Shown here: one piece after another, positions 46,986 through 56,760 of the stretch | Layout of the letters: every line of letters starts with the position of its first letter | Position numbering within the stretch: the first letter of the stretch is position 1 | NCBI GenBank assembly: GCA_044221725.1 | Contig: JBGAON010000003.1 | Coordinates: 96,001 to 160,000, forward strand | Direction: 5' to 3' | DNA length: 64,000 nucleotides | From: Elusimicrobiota bacterium | GTDB taxonomy: Bacteria > Elusimicrobiota > Elusimicrobia > F11 | Notes under the pieces: model-generated | What the model saw: only the letters and a program-made list of their open reading frames with translations | Told to the model about the DNA's origin: nothing | The model's database searches: none | Program-made: the position numbers and the translations under genes

Positions 46986-49900
46986 ATGGGACTGCGCAAG
47001 CCGTTGGTAGCTGTCTTGGCGCTTTTTTATTTGGTCGAGAACGTTGCCTTGGCGACGGCCAGTGAGTCCAATCTCTGGTCGGAACGCCGCAAATCGCTTC
47101 AAATAGCACAACTTCCTTTCCTGCCGGCAAACGCCGCGTTGCCCGATTCCAAAACGTTGTTGTCGACATTTCCGGAAATGCATCAAACGCTGCGGGCGTC
47201 CGTGGCCCACGGAACTCCGGATTGGGTGCAGGATGCAATTGCGGGGCACGCCACGGTTAATGAAACTTTTCTGTCGCAATCTCCGAACGCTCCGACGATC
47301 TTTGTTGTACAAGACGTTCATTTGCACACGGAAGCTCAGAGAAATATTGCCGCCGTGGTCGACGCGCTGACGAACGCAGTCGCAAAAAAAGGGACGCGGA
47401 TGACTGTGGGGCTCGAAGGGGCGCGCAGTGGTCCAATCGATCTCACGTTGTTCGACGTTAACGCTGACGCGGAGCTCGTTAAAAGTATTGCTACCGGTTT
47501 TCTAAATGTTCATGCCATTAGCGGTGTCGAAATGGCGGCTATCTCAACGCCTCGACAATTCAATCTAACCGGCGTTGAAAACATCGCCGATTACAACACC
47601 AACGTTCAAGCGCTGCGCGACAGTGCGCCCAAAAAGAAGACCGCGCTTGCCGCGCTGGATGAGCTAAGCCGAGAACTGACTGGGCTTAAGAAGAAATCAT
47701 TCGACGGCGAACTGCGGCGGTTTGACGAAACGAACGCGGCCTACGAGACCGGAAAGCTCGGTTTGCCCGCGTACGTGATGTATTTGGATTCAATCAGCCC
47801 CGCCACCACGCCGAACGTGCGTGAACTTGTTAATGCGGCGCTCATCGAAAGCTCGCTCAATTTCAAAAAGGTCGAAAACGAACGGAACCGGTTAATTCGT
47901 TCGCTTGTCGCGAATCTGTCGGAGCGGGAAACGAAATTGCTCATTGGGCTTACCGCGCTCTTGCGTTCCGGTGATGTGTCCGTGTCTTCCTATTATGAGC
48001 ATCTGAAAAACTTATCGGCGTCGCACGGTTTACCGCTGTCGCAGTTTCCCGAGATGAACCTGTATATCCAATACGTTTTGAAAACAGAGGCCATCCACCA
48101 CACGGCTCTTTTCGAAGAAATCAAACAGCTTGAAGAATTGGTCAGAACCAAGCTTGCTCGAACCGACGGAGAGCGCGACATGTTGGTGATGACGGCCGAT
48201 CAACATTTATTGTTGAAACTAATTGAAAGCTCAATGACCGAAAGCGAATGGCGCGCCTATGAAGAAAGGAAACCAGCGATAGAAAAAACGTCAGCACGGC
48301 TGGCCGGTTTGGGTATCCGCGTTCCTATTTCGGTTAAAGAAATGATCAGCGGGCTTCAGCCCTTCGAACGTTTTTACACCCAGGCGCTTCGCCGCAATGA
48401 CGCGATGGCGAAGAATATCCTAACGACCAGTCCAGACGTGGCTCTTCTTGTCGTGGGAGGTTTTCATACCAATGGCGTTACTTCACGCTTGAAAACTGCC
48501 GGTGCAAACGTTTATGTGTTAACACCCACTTTCACGGAGGGGGACGATGGGCCGTCCTCGTTGGAGTTCTTGGCTTCCGGACGCCTGCCGCTCGATGAAA
48601 TTTTTGTGGGACAAAAACTTTTTCTGCCGACGGCTCCCGTCATCGTGGGTGCTCACGCCGAGGTGATCGCCGCAATTCAAAAAGCCGTGGCTTTGGCCGT
48701 TGAACACCTTATTGCCGACCCTATTAAAGCGAGCTCAGTTCAAACGATAGACGGAGAAAAAGTGAAAGTGGTCCGAGATGGCTCGGGTAGCGCCGGGTTC
48801 TCGGTTACTTACAAAAATCAAAAATATCAGGTCTTGCCTGCGCACGGTAGAGATACAAAAATTTCGTGGAGTTCCATCGCCAACGTTACCGTGCCGCGAC
48901 TCGTCAGCTCGTTATTGGGTTTGGGAGCGGCCGTTTTCTACGTCGGGATGAAAGCGGGGCTGATTCACTATCCGCTTCAAGGTGTTGTGGCAACACTTTT
49001 AACAGCGACGCTTGTGTTTGTCGCCAGCCAGGTTGAAGAAGAAATCCATTACCGCCTACGCAAAGTCGAGTTCGCCCAACAGTTCAGGGAGAAGATGGCG
49101 CAGTTGGAAAATCAGCGAAATTTGGATAGCAAAGCCCTCAGGAAAGCACTCCGGGCGTATGCCGAACGAAATGCGCCTGTTCGGCGGCTTCTGCGCGTTG
49201 ACAATTCGGGCCCTTCCATTCGTGTCTATGCGTTTGGGCAGATCGGATTTTTTGCGGCATTATCGGCGGCCTCCATTGCGTTTGCTGCGTTTACGCCCAA
49301 TTTTTTGCGCTCCATCGGAATCCTTTTGCCGTTCGTGTTCTTATTCAGCTTTGGGAACGAGGAAGCATTGGCCGAGAACGGCTGGATTCGTCGTGGGCTG
49401 CGGATTTTGAGAACCAATGCGAAGGAAGGTTTTGGAGAAGCCGTAGCCGAACGTGCCGAACCGCTGTTCAAGCTCAATGATCCGATGCGTTTGACCAGGG
49501 GCCGGGACGGAAATTTAACTTTCGACACATTTACCACTGATCGCGCTGCGCATATGGCGGCGTTGAAACAAAACAAAGACGTGGAAATTGGGAATTTGAA
49601 AGAGGGGCTGTCCGCGCTGCTTCACGTGGCGTGGCTTGCAGCGAAAGACAAAAAGTTCGCACGCCGTTTTTTCGACAGAATTAAATGGGTCGGCGATAAT
49701 TCGGATTCCTTTGAGAAGGTGATCAAACCAATTTTTAGAAATGCCATCTTCTATGTCGATACCCACGTTGGCGATCTCAATTCGTTGCTTTACCAACATG
49801 CGGGTACCGAATATGAAGATATTGCTTTAAACGTGAGAGCTCCCGTCTATGCTGCTTTTGCGTTCGTAAATCGCCTTAAAGACGATGATTATGTTTCCGA

Positions 49901-51821
49901 TGATCAAAAGGAAAACTTTCTACAGAGTCTGAATCGCGTTCGCATTCAGGTGCCGGGACCAGCGGGGGGCGAGATCCTTTCGCCAGCGCAAATGATCGAA
50001 CGGTTTCAAAAGATCGAAAATCGAATTGTAAATGAGCGGTTCCGCCGAATGTCTCAAATTTTGAATAACGCGAATTACCGTTATGACACGCAATCTCGCG
50101 AAGCTAGCAAACGCGGTTGGAAAATTTCTCGGGGCACCTTTAAACGCATCTATTTCGCGGGGCCCGTCCGATTCATAAAGGGGGAATTGGCCGCTTTGGG
50201 TGGGCAACTCGATTCGTCTGTCCAGCGAACGAAAGGAGAATCCGCGGTCGTGACATTAATTCTTCAATTGGAAGAATACTCGAAGACAATATCCACGCAT
50301 TATTCGAATCCCAGCGCGGCGCAAATTGTTTTTGGGGCCTTGTTGTCGCGAATCGACGAAGGGCGCGACAATCTAAAAATTACCGCCTACGCGAATGCTC
50401 CGGGGGCTCTCTCTCGAAGAATGTGGATCGCCCTAAGAAAATGGGAAAGTTTTTCGAAAGGAAAAGAAAGTTCAAGGTCTAATCCCGCGGTCGCTGATCC
50501 GGATGCTGAAACGGCAGAAGAAGATGTTTTTGTGCACGATGGGGAATTCTTAAGGACTCTTGAACCGGTGACACCGGAGGTGCCAAATTCGAATAAAGAA
50601 ACAACCGTTAGCGGGAAATTCGCGAGCGAAGCAGCAAACCGTTCTGTCGGGCCCTCGTACGCGCACCTGATGCTGTCGTTGAAATCGTCACGAACGTATC
50701 GGTACGTAATCGGGGTACCGAAGGAAATTTATGCTATCGCGGGCGGGATTCTATTCATATTTGTTTCTGGCTCGAGTTCCGTGGCAATGTCACTGGCTGC
50801 GTTTCCTTCTGCAATGTTGGGGTATGTTTCTTCGACATCTGTATTTCGGGCCTTGCGAGCGTCGCGCGCTTCAAAGGGATTGATGTTGCCGACAGCTTGG
50901 CAGTTGGCGCTTAAGAAACGGATGGAAGAGCAAATGGAAATAGCGAGAGACTTGCTCGCGGTGGATGCAAACGTGGAAGTTATTTTTGAGAATGGAAATC
51001 GCGCGACGGCTCGCCTCGCTTACAAGCCCGGTGAAGATCGCCGGCCCGAATTTGTTCTCTTCGCAACCGAAGCTGGCCTGCAAAGAGTGCTTCGAGAAAG
51101 CGGAGACAATATGTACCTCCTTCGCCAAATGGCAAAAGCGGCGAGGGTCCCGTTGCCGGGCGACCTGACTCCCGTCCGTGACGCTGCGCGAATTGCCGAG
51201 ATGATCGCTGTTGGAAAAATCCTTGGCCGAAAATTTCCGAAAAAAATTCTTCAGAACTACGATGCCAACGTTTTTGAGGAATTTTTGGACAAAGGATTTG
51301 AAATAGTCGGAGGCAAATTCCTCAGCGAAGGCGCTGGCAACGTCATCAATCCATCCCGTCCGTACATAATTGATCGCGAATTATCGATTCCGGCAATCGC
51401 GGCACTTTTAAGAGGCATGGATCAAGTCCGCGGTTCCGAAGGAGTCAAATATTTGCCGGTTCTCATGAATTCTCAGGAGTTCTCGACGAAGTTGAAAAAA
51501 GCCGCCATGGACCCAAGCACTCGGGATGCTGCTCAATACGTCAGCCTACAGGGAAAAGCGAAAAAATTGGTGGTGTTGGGATTAGACTCGTTCAGCGGCA
51601 TACCCTACCTCGATCGCACCACGGTGAGTGGCGATGCGATCACCTATCTGTTGGAATCGTTTGCACGGCAAACCGGCCAAGCGGTCAATCCGGCCGTGTT
51701 ATCGGCTCGTCGTTTGACGTTGCCGGCCGATTTGGCCATTCAACTTATTTTTTCCGTCGACGTGATGGTGAAAGTGGGCGATAACCTTCGACTGGAACAA
51801 GTCGTGTTGGTGCAAGCCTAA
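46986..51821 (+). CDS. Large (1611 aa) membrane protein with N-terminal TIKI/ChaN/EreA-like domain
   Basis: Signal-like N-terminus; QDVH..AQ.NI, GLEG, GVE, RN..M..N and VVGGFH motifs; several TM clusters. Confidence 0.6.
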   Translation: MGLRKPLVAVLALFYLVENVALATASESNLWSERRKSLQIAQLPFLPANAALPDSKTLLSTFPEMHQTLRASVAHGTPDWVQDAIAGHATVNETFLSQSPNAPTIFVVQDVHLHTEAQRNIAAVVDALTNAVAKKGTRMTVGLEGARSGPIDLTLFDVNADAELVKSIATGFLNVHAISGVEMAAISTPRQFNLTGVENIADYNTNVQALRDSAPKKKTALAALDELSRELTGLKKKSFDGELRRFDETNAAYETGKLGLPAYVMYLDSISPATTPNVRELVNAALIESSLNFKKVENERNRLIRSLVANLSERETKLLIGLTALLRSGDVSVSSYYEHLKNLSASHGLPLSQFPEMNLYIQYVLKTEAIHHTALFEEIKQLEELVRTKLARTDGERDMLVMTADQHLLLKLIESSMTESEWRAYEERKPAIEKTSARLAGLGIRVPISVKEMISGLQPFERFYTQALRRNDAMAKNILTTSPDVALLVVGGFHTNGVTSRLKTAGANVYVLTPTFTEGDDGPSSLEFLASGRLPLDEIFVGQKLFLPTAPVIVGAHAEVIAAIQKAVALAVEHLIADPIKASSVQTIDGEKVKVVRDGSGSAGFSVTYKNQKYQVLPAHGRDTKISWSSIANVTVPRLVSSLLGLGAAVFYVGMKAGLIHYPLQGVVATLLTATLVFVASQVEEEIHYRLRKVEFAQQFREKMAQLENQRNLDSKALRKALRAYAERNAPVRRLLRVDNSGPSIRVYAFGQIGFFAALSAASIAFAAFTPNFLRSIGILLPFVFLFSFGNEEALAENGWIRRGLRILRTNAKEGFGEAVAERAEPLFKLNDPMRLTRGRDGNLTFDTFTTDRAAHMAALKQNKDVEIGNLKEGLSALLHVAWLAAKDKKFARRFFDRIKWVGDNSDSFEKVIKPIFRNAIFYVDTHVGDLNSLLYQHAGTEYEDIALNVRAPVYAAFAFVNRLKDDDYVSDDQKENFLQSLNRVRIQVPGPAGGEILSPAQMIERFQKIENRIVNERFRRMSQILNNANYRYDTQSREASKRGWKISRGTFKRIYFAGPVRFIKGELAALGGQLDSSVQRTKGESAVVTLILQLEEYSKTISTHYSNPSAAQIVFGALLSRIDEGRDNLKITAYANAPGALSRRMWIALRKWESFSKGKESSRSNPAVADPDAETAEEDVFVHDGEFLRTLEPVTPEVPNSNKETTVSGKFASEAANRSVGPSYAHLMLSLKSSRTYRYVIGVPKEIYAIAGGILFIFVSGSSSVAMSLAAFPSAMLGYVSSTSVFRALRASRASKGLMLPTAWQLALKKRMEEQMEIARDLLAVDANVEVIFENGNRATARLAYKPGEDRRPEFVLFATEAGLQRVLRESGDNMYLLRQMAKAARVPLPGDLTPVRDAARIAEMIAVGKILGRKFPKKILQNYDANVFEEFLDKGFEIVGGKFLSEGAGNVINPSRPYIIDRELSIPAIAALLRGMDQVRGSEGVKYLPVLMNSQEFSTKLKKAAMDPSTRDAAQYVSLQGKAKKLVVLGLDSFSGIPYLDRTTVSGDAITYLLESFARQTGQAVNPAVLSARRLTLPADLAIQLIFSVDVMVKVGDNLRLEQVVLVQA

Positions 51822-51832
51822 AAAAGAATTAC

Positions 51833-53461
51833 CTAAAACGCCTGGCCAGTTCCAAACGTCACCACGAACTTCGCGTCATCGGGGTTGATGCGTTGCGGCC
51901 GATAGGACAAATCCAAGCGAATGATAACTTCGTTCGAAGAGTGGGTTAGCCCAAAACGCAATCCGGCGCCAATATCGCTTTTCAGTTTCGAGAGCGCTAT
52001 CGGTTCGTTTTCAGCCCACACATAACCTGTGTCATAAAATACCGCAGCGCCAAGCGAAACCAAGTTCCAGAGTTCGTCGATTAAAAACATTCGATCTTCA
52101 AGATTGAGGACCCAGCCTTTGTTCCCAATAATGCTGTCCACAGGAAACGCTCGCAATCCGTTGTCTCCGCCGAGTTTCACTTCGTTGTCCGGGTCCAGTT
52201 TGTCGCCCCAATCGGCGCGCGTGTTAATCACCATGGTGTGAAAGTCGCTGGCCCGGTTGTAGTGTTTAAGCTGAATGCCATAGCGCTGATTTTCGCCGTT
52301 TTCGAATGGATTTCGCCCCGAATAGGAGTAGCGCTGAAAAAGCATTTTCTGCTTCGACATCGTGCGTTTCTCAAACGAAGCTTCCGCTTCTGGTTTGTTG
52401 CCGGAACCGGTGAGAGCGTGAGGGGAAAAACCGGGGGACAGCGCGAGAATAGGACCGAGATTGATGTCTTCGACGCGCGTCATTTTTTCGAGATGAGTTG
52501 CTTCGATGAAGGCGCTGCGTTGCCCCATATAGTCGAGGAAAATCGTCTGAAGGTTTTCGCCTCCCGGAACATCCCGGCCCGGTGCCGTCTGACTGTTTCG
52601 TTCGTAATCGGTGACGATACGTTTGTAGCGCAAGCCCAAGCGGTTAACCACATCGCGCCCGCCGCCCAGTTTTATGCCGCCGAAAACCTCGTTCGTCTGT
52701 TTTGTTTGTTGAAAACGGGATACGAGCACATTGTTTTCGTGTTCGCTCAGGACTTGCTGTTGCCAATCATTCGTGGCCCGCGCGGACCATTTTGTGTCGG
52801 TGGCGTAAAACGGACGTTCGAGTTTTAATAGCCGCTCCTCGCCCTCGGTTTTATTCGTGAGAGACGCGTTTAGTTGCCACCGAGATCCGAGCAACCGAGG
52901 ATCAAAATAGGTGTATTGGCGTTGGGTAAAGTTATCGCCTCTCTTGTAAAAAATCCCGATGGTTTTACCGTATCCCAACAAATTCTTTTCTTTGAAACCA
53001 AATTCGGTGCTGTTAATTTTGTTTTGCCCACCGAGATTGATTTGCGGTTCGGTTGTCCATGCATCGTTCACATGCACGACGAGAGCAACCGAACCGTCGC
53101 GCTGAGGAAACTTGGCTACGCGTGCCGCTCGAATAAAAGAAAGCGCGCGAAGATTCCTCTCGGTTTCGCTGAGCAAGAAAGGATCCAAGCGGTCGCCCAC
53201 TTTAAATAAAAGTTCTTGGCGAATAACTTCTTCCTTGGTCTTTATGTGCAGGAAGTTGATGGTGTTATAAGGAAACCGGTTCAACGACACGTTTGTGTCC
53301 ATGTCGAAGATATCGGTGCCCCGAATGGTAATCCGCGAAATAACCGGAGAGGATTTGGACGTTGCTGCGGCAGCCCTTATTGCAAACGTACTTCCGATAA
53401 GAATCGCTACGAAGAACGACCGAAAAAGCGCCGAGGATGATGCGAAGGTATTTCCGAGCAA
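51833..53461 (-). CDS. Omp85/BamA-TamA family protein (POTRA plus barrel)
   Basis: T.EEVIRQELLFKVG..SETERNLR (POTRA); EKNLLGYG, LGG..GLRAF, FYDTG and G.GLRF motifs; terminal F. Confidence 0.85.
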   Translation of the reverse strand: MLGNTFASSSALFRSFFVAILIGSTFAIRAAAATSKSSPVISRITIRGTDIFDMDTNVSLNRFPYNTINFLHIKTKEEVIRQELLFKVGDRLDPFLLSETERNLRALSFIRAARVAKFPQRDGSVALVVHVNDAWTTEPQINLGGQNKINSTEFGFKEKNLLGYGKTIGIFYKRGDNFTQRQYTYFDPRLLGSRWQLNASLTNKTEGEERLLKLERPFYATDTKWSARATNDWQQQVLSEHENNVLVSRFQQTKQTNEVFGGIKLGGGRDVVNRLGLRYKRIVTDYERNSQTAPGRDVPGGENLQTIFLDYMGQRSAFIEATHLEKMTRVEDINLGPILALSPGFSPHALTGSGNKPEAEASFEKRTMSKQKMLFQRYSYSGRNPFENGENQRYGIQLKHYNRASDFHTMVINTRADWGDKLDPDNEVKLGGDNGLRAFPVDSIIGNKGWVLNLEDRMFLIDELWNLVSLGAAVFYDTGYVWAENEPIALSKLKSDIGAGLRFGLTHSSNEVIIRLDLSYRPQRINPDDAKFVVTFGTGQAF

Positions 53462-53474
53462 GGGGGGCTTGGTT

Positions 53475-53852
53475 TTATCGTGCGACCACTACGGTTCCTG
53501 TCGCTTGGTGGGTGCCGAGGACAAATGAATAAATGTAAATCCCTGATGGCGCCACACGTCCGCCGTCGTCCTTCCCATCCCACAGCATGGCCGTTTCCGT
53601 CGAGTCGAGCGTTGTGTGGGCAACTTTGGCTCCATTGAGGTCGAAAATGTTGCCCTCGAGCGGGAGGCCAGAGATGGTGTCATCGAATTTGAAGTATACA
53701 ACGTCGTTCAAAAGGTCTCCGTTCGGTGTAATGACGCGAGGGGCAACCTCAATTAACGAGATGCCGCCCAACGATTGGGAAGACGCGCCTGCAAACGCGA
53801 GCCACGGAAGCGTCAGTGCTGCCAGTGTGGCCAAAATAACTCGACTTTTCAT
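53475..53852 (-). CDS. Stand-alone T9SS type-B / CHU_C (FlgD-Ig) C-terminal-domain protein
   Basis: Signal peptide; PRVITPNGDLLND, IFDLNG, WDGKD..G, SGIYIY and GTVVVAR motifs. Confidence 0.82.
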   Translation of the reverse strand: MKSRVILATLAALTLPWLAFAGASSQSLGGISLIEVAPRVITPNGDLLNDVVYFKFDDTISGLPLEGNIFDLNGAKVAHTTLDSTETAMLWDGKDDGGRVAPSGIYIYSFVLGTHQATGTVVVAR

Positions 53853-53890
53853 AACGTTTTCGTACCGAGCATATCTTTATTCGGTTTCCA

Positions 53891-55468
53891 TTATTTTAAA
53901 AGTTTCATTTCGTCTTCCGCGGACGATACGTCGATACCGCTGCCTTTGTATTTCTGAATGATACGTTCGAGCATGCCACGACGCTCGTCCGTGCTCGCTC
54001 CTTGTTGAACGAGTCGACGATAGAAATTCATCGATAGATCAAAGTCCTTCTTCGCTTTGTTCTCGTCGCCCTTCAAGCTCTTTAATTCCCGTTGAACGGT
54101 CGACAAATCAACACCTTTGCCGGCAAATTCGGTCATAATTTTTTCGAGCGTGTGACGTTTCTCCTCGAGCGATATCCCTTGTGTTACTTTTTCGTTGTAA
54201 TCGGCGAGAGCCGCTGTGTAGCTGTTGAAGACAGTACGTTTTTGTGTCGTTGCCGTTTGAACGGCCGCGCGTTCTTTTTGCGCGCGCGCTTCTTGGTCTT
54301 GAGCTTCCTTGAGTGCGAGTTCCGACGCTTTGCGCTCGGCTTCCTGTTCGGCTTGCGTTTTTGCTTCGGTTAACGCATAGAGCTGTTTCTTGAGCCGATC
54401 GGCTTCCGCTTTCGCGTAGCGAGCTTCGGTTTCGGCGCGGATGCGGTCCTCTTTCTCTTTGATCAGTTGTTTTTCAATCGGATCGACCGGCGGCTTGCCG
54501 AGACGAACCGTCAACGAAACTTGCTGGATTCCAAGCGTACCGGAAATACCTTCGAGCGGGAGAACCGTTGCGTAGTCGAGTTGGATGGATTCCATCTTGT
54601 ATGACGCACCGAACGAAATTGATGAATAACTGCGGGAAGCTGAAGCCGCTCCTGCGCGCAATCCAAAACCGTTTTTGAACCATTTTTCTCCGCCAAGCGC
54701 GAAACGTAGATTGTTGTCGACGGATGTCCAGTTCGTCACTTCGACGCCAATGCAGCCCGAACGCCAACGGCGCGCAATCGACCCGGTGTAGATAGCCGGC
54801 ACCTTGTCTTTGCCACCCCCCAGCCCGACGTCCGGACTGTTTATGTTGCGCGCGGTCAGCCCGAGAGCATACGCTTGATTAAGCCGATATTGAAAACCAA
54901 GGTCAAGTGCAACGGCCGATGCCGAGCGGCTTTTGGCGAGCAACGGGTCCGCGGTGCCAGTTGCATTTCCAGTGATGGGGTTGATTGCGTTCGAAGAATA
55001 TTCGTCCGAGCCGATTGATTTTTTTAGAAGTTTTACCGAACCACCAAAATTCCATTTGTGACGGAAGTCGCGTCCGTAGGTGATTCCAATCGATTCCTCT
55101 TTGTAGAGCCCCGGCAATTCCATGGATAGATAACTGGCGCCAATGCCGCCGTGTTTTCCAAGCTCGCCCAGCGGTTGGCCATAGCCAAGGAAAATGCGGC
55201 TGATTTGCGAATGATCGGAGAGACCCGGATACAGCTGCGAATAGTAGCTGCCGATCTCCGGACGGTTCAGTTGAAGAATTCCGGCCGGGTTGTAGTAAAC
55301 AGAGTAGACATCGTCCACGATAGCGGAATAGGCTTCTCCCATTCCTGCGGCGCGGCCACCGACAGGAAGAGGCTCAAAAGACGCGTAAGAAATGGCAGAA
55401 AACCACAGGGATAGAAACGCAGGAAGAAGAAGGGTGTACGAGAACTTGAATTCCGCTGTGAACTTCAT
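53891..55468 (-). CDS. PorV/PorP-like beta-barrel with coiled coil and duplicated C-terminal helical domain
   Basis: GGRAAGMGEAY...YYNPAG; QQVSLTVRLG barrel end; E/A/K-rich coil; two 50-aa repeats. Confidence 0.8.
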   Translation of the reverse strand: MKFTAEFKFSYTLLLPAFLSLWFSAISYASFEPLPVGGRAAGMGEAYSAIVDDVYSVYYNPAGILQLNRPEIGSYYSQLYPGLSDHSQISRIFLGYGQPLGELGKHGGIGASYLSMELPGLYKEESIGITYGRDFRHKWNFGGSVKLLKKSIGSDEYSSNAINPITGNATGTADPLLAKSRSASAVALDLGFQYRLNQAYALGLTARNINSPDVGLGGGKDKVPAIYTGSIARRWRSGCIGVEVTNWTSVDNNLRFALGGEKWFKNGFGLRAGAASASRSYSSISFGASYKMESIQLDYATVLPLEGISGTLGIQQVSLTVRLGKPPVDPIEKQLIKEKEDRIRAETEARYAKAEADRLKKQLYALTEAKTQAEQEAERKASELALKEAQDQEARAQKERAAVQTATTQKRTVFNSYTAALADYNEKVTQGISLEEKRHTLEKIMTEFAGKGVDLSTVQRELKSLKGDENKAKKDFDLSMNFYRRLVQQGASTDERRGMLERIIQKYKGSGIDVSSAEDEMKLLK

Positions 55469-55474
55469 GTTCTA

Positions 55475-55502
55475 AGTGTAAAGTCACAGGGGTATTATTC
55501 AA
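55475..55502 (-). promoter_or_regulatory. sigma70-like promoter, possibly giving a leaderless mRNA
   Basis: TTGAAT-16 nt-TACACT; only 6 nt separate it from the ATG at 55468; no SD. Confidence 0.5.
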
Positions 55503-55628
55503 GGCTGCCATCAATTTTTCACAAAATAATCGAGTTGATTTTTAGAGGGAAAGATTACGAGCGGCAACTTTCTGTCGGGGGAATCCGTAGTGCGATTAAG
55601 TTTTCAGCTTTAGGAAATCCGTGCACGA

Positions 55629-56564
55629 TTAATTTGTGCTCGAAGAACCCAATTTGTAACCGATGGAGATCCGGTGGGAGAGTCCAAGATCACCGAAAGG
55701 TGAGACCGAATAGTCTAAATTAAACCGGTTGAGTTGCATGCCCAAACCAGCGTTAAGGCCCGCCAGTCCGCCCAGATCCGCGCTCTGCCCGGGAGTTGCT
55801 TCGTAACCGCCGCGAACCGCGAACGCGGGGGTGAGGTGATACTCTGCACCGAGGTGCAGGGAGACGTTTGCGTCGTTCGGTTTGGAGGCTTCGAGCGCCA
55901 CGAGGAGCCGTTCGTTTAGCACATGTGTCGACGCTCCAAGCCGAACCGTGGCGGGCAGCGGTGAAGAGTCCTTCACGAGCTTCATGCTAGGTCCCAGATG
56001 TTGAACAACACCGCTAAAATTCATGTTGTTTCTTTTGTAGAGAATGCCAAGGTCCGCGGCGAAAGTGGACGCTTTTTCGCTCTCAATCGATTCCGAAACA
56101 TATTTCAAATTCGCGCCCACCAACAAGTTGTCCTGAATTTTCTTGGCTGCTGAGATGCTTCCAGCGAGCGATCCGGCATTGAACGATCCGTCTTTTGTGT
56201 CGCTCGCGGTATACCGGTCGATCGTTCCATAATCAAGACGGTAAACGGATGCGCCCAACACAAAACCTGCCATCGGTGATACGGCGCCGATATATTGAAA
56301 ATTTGTGTTATCAAAATGGCTGTTCTGCATGGCGCCAATTTCGGTGGATTCAAGTTGAGCCAATCCGGCCGGATTCCAGTACGTTGCCGTCACATCGTCA
56401 GCGACGGAAGAAAACGCGTTTGCCATGCCGGTTGCGCGGGCGCCGACGCTGAGTTTCAAAAACTGGGCCGCGGAAGTACCCGTCGCGAAAGTGTTTGATG
56501 CGGCCATCATCATAATCGCTGCTATCACCGCTGCCACTGAGCTGTTCGTATTCGTCCTCTTCAT
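55629..56564 (-). CDS. PorV/PorQ family outer-membrane protein
   Basis: AQFLKLSVGARATGM, YWNPAGL and LDYS..PFGDLG.SHRIS motifs. Confidence 0.88.
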   Translation of the reverse strand: MKRTNTNSSVAAVIAAIMMMAASNTFATGTSAAQFLKLSVGARATGMANAFSSVADDVTATYWNPAGLAQLESTEIGAMQNSHFDNTNFQYIGAVSPMAGFVLGASVYRLDYGTIDRYTASDTKDGSFNAGSLAGSISAAKKIQDNLLVGANLKYVSESIESEKASTFAADLGILYKRNNMNFSGVVQHLGPSMKLVKDSSPLPATVRLGASTHVLNERLLVALEASKPNDANVSLHLGAEYHLTPAFAVRGGYEATPGQSADLGGLAGLNAGLGMQLNRFNLDYSVSPFGDLGLSHRISIGYKLGSSSTN

Positions 56565-56760
56565 GCTCAAAGCCTAAAAGAGAACCATGACAGATCAGTG
56601 ACCCCAAAAAGATAGATACGAGAAACTTGCGGCACGTAAAAGAGGAATTATGCGAGGAGACCGGAGAGCAACAGGAAGCCAATGTGAGCTTTAAGTTTAA
56701 GCAATCGAGGCGTCATTACGAGGCAATTGCTGGATTGTAAAAGGTCACATCAGGATTTTC

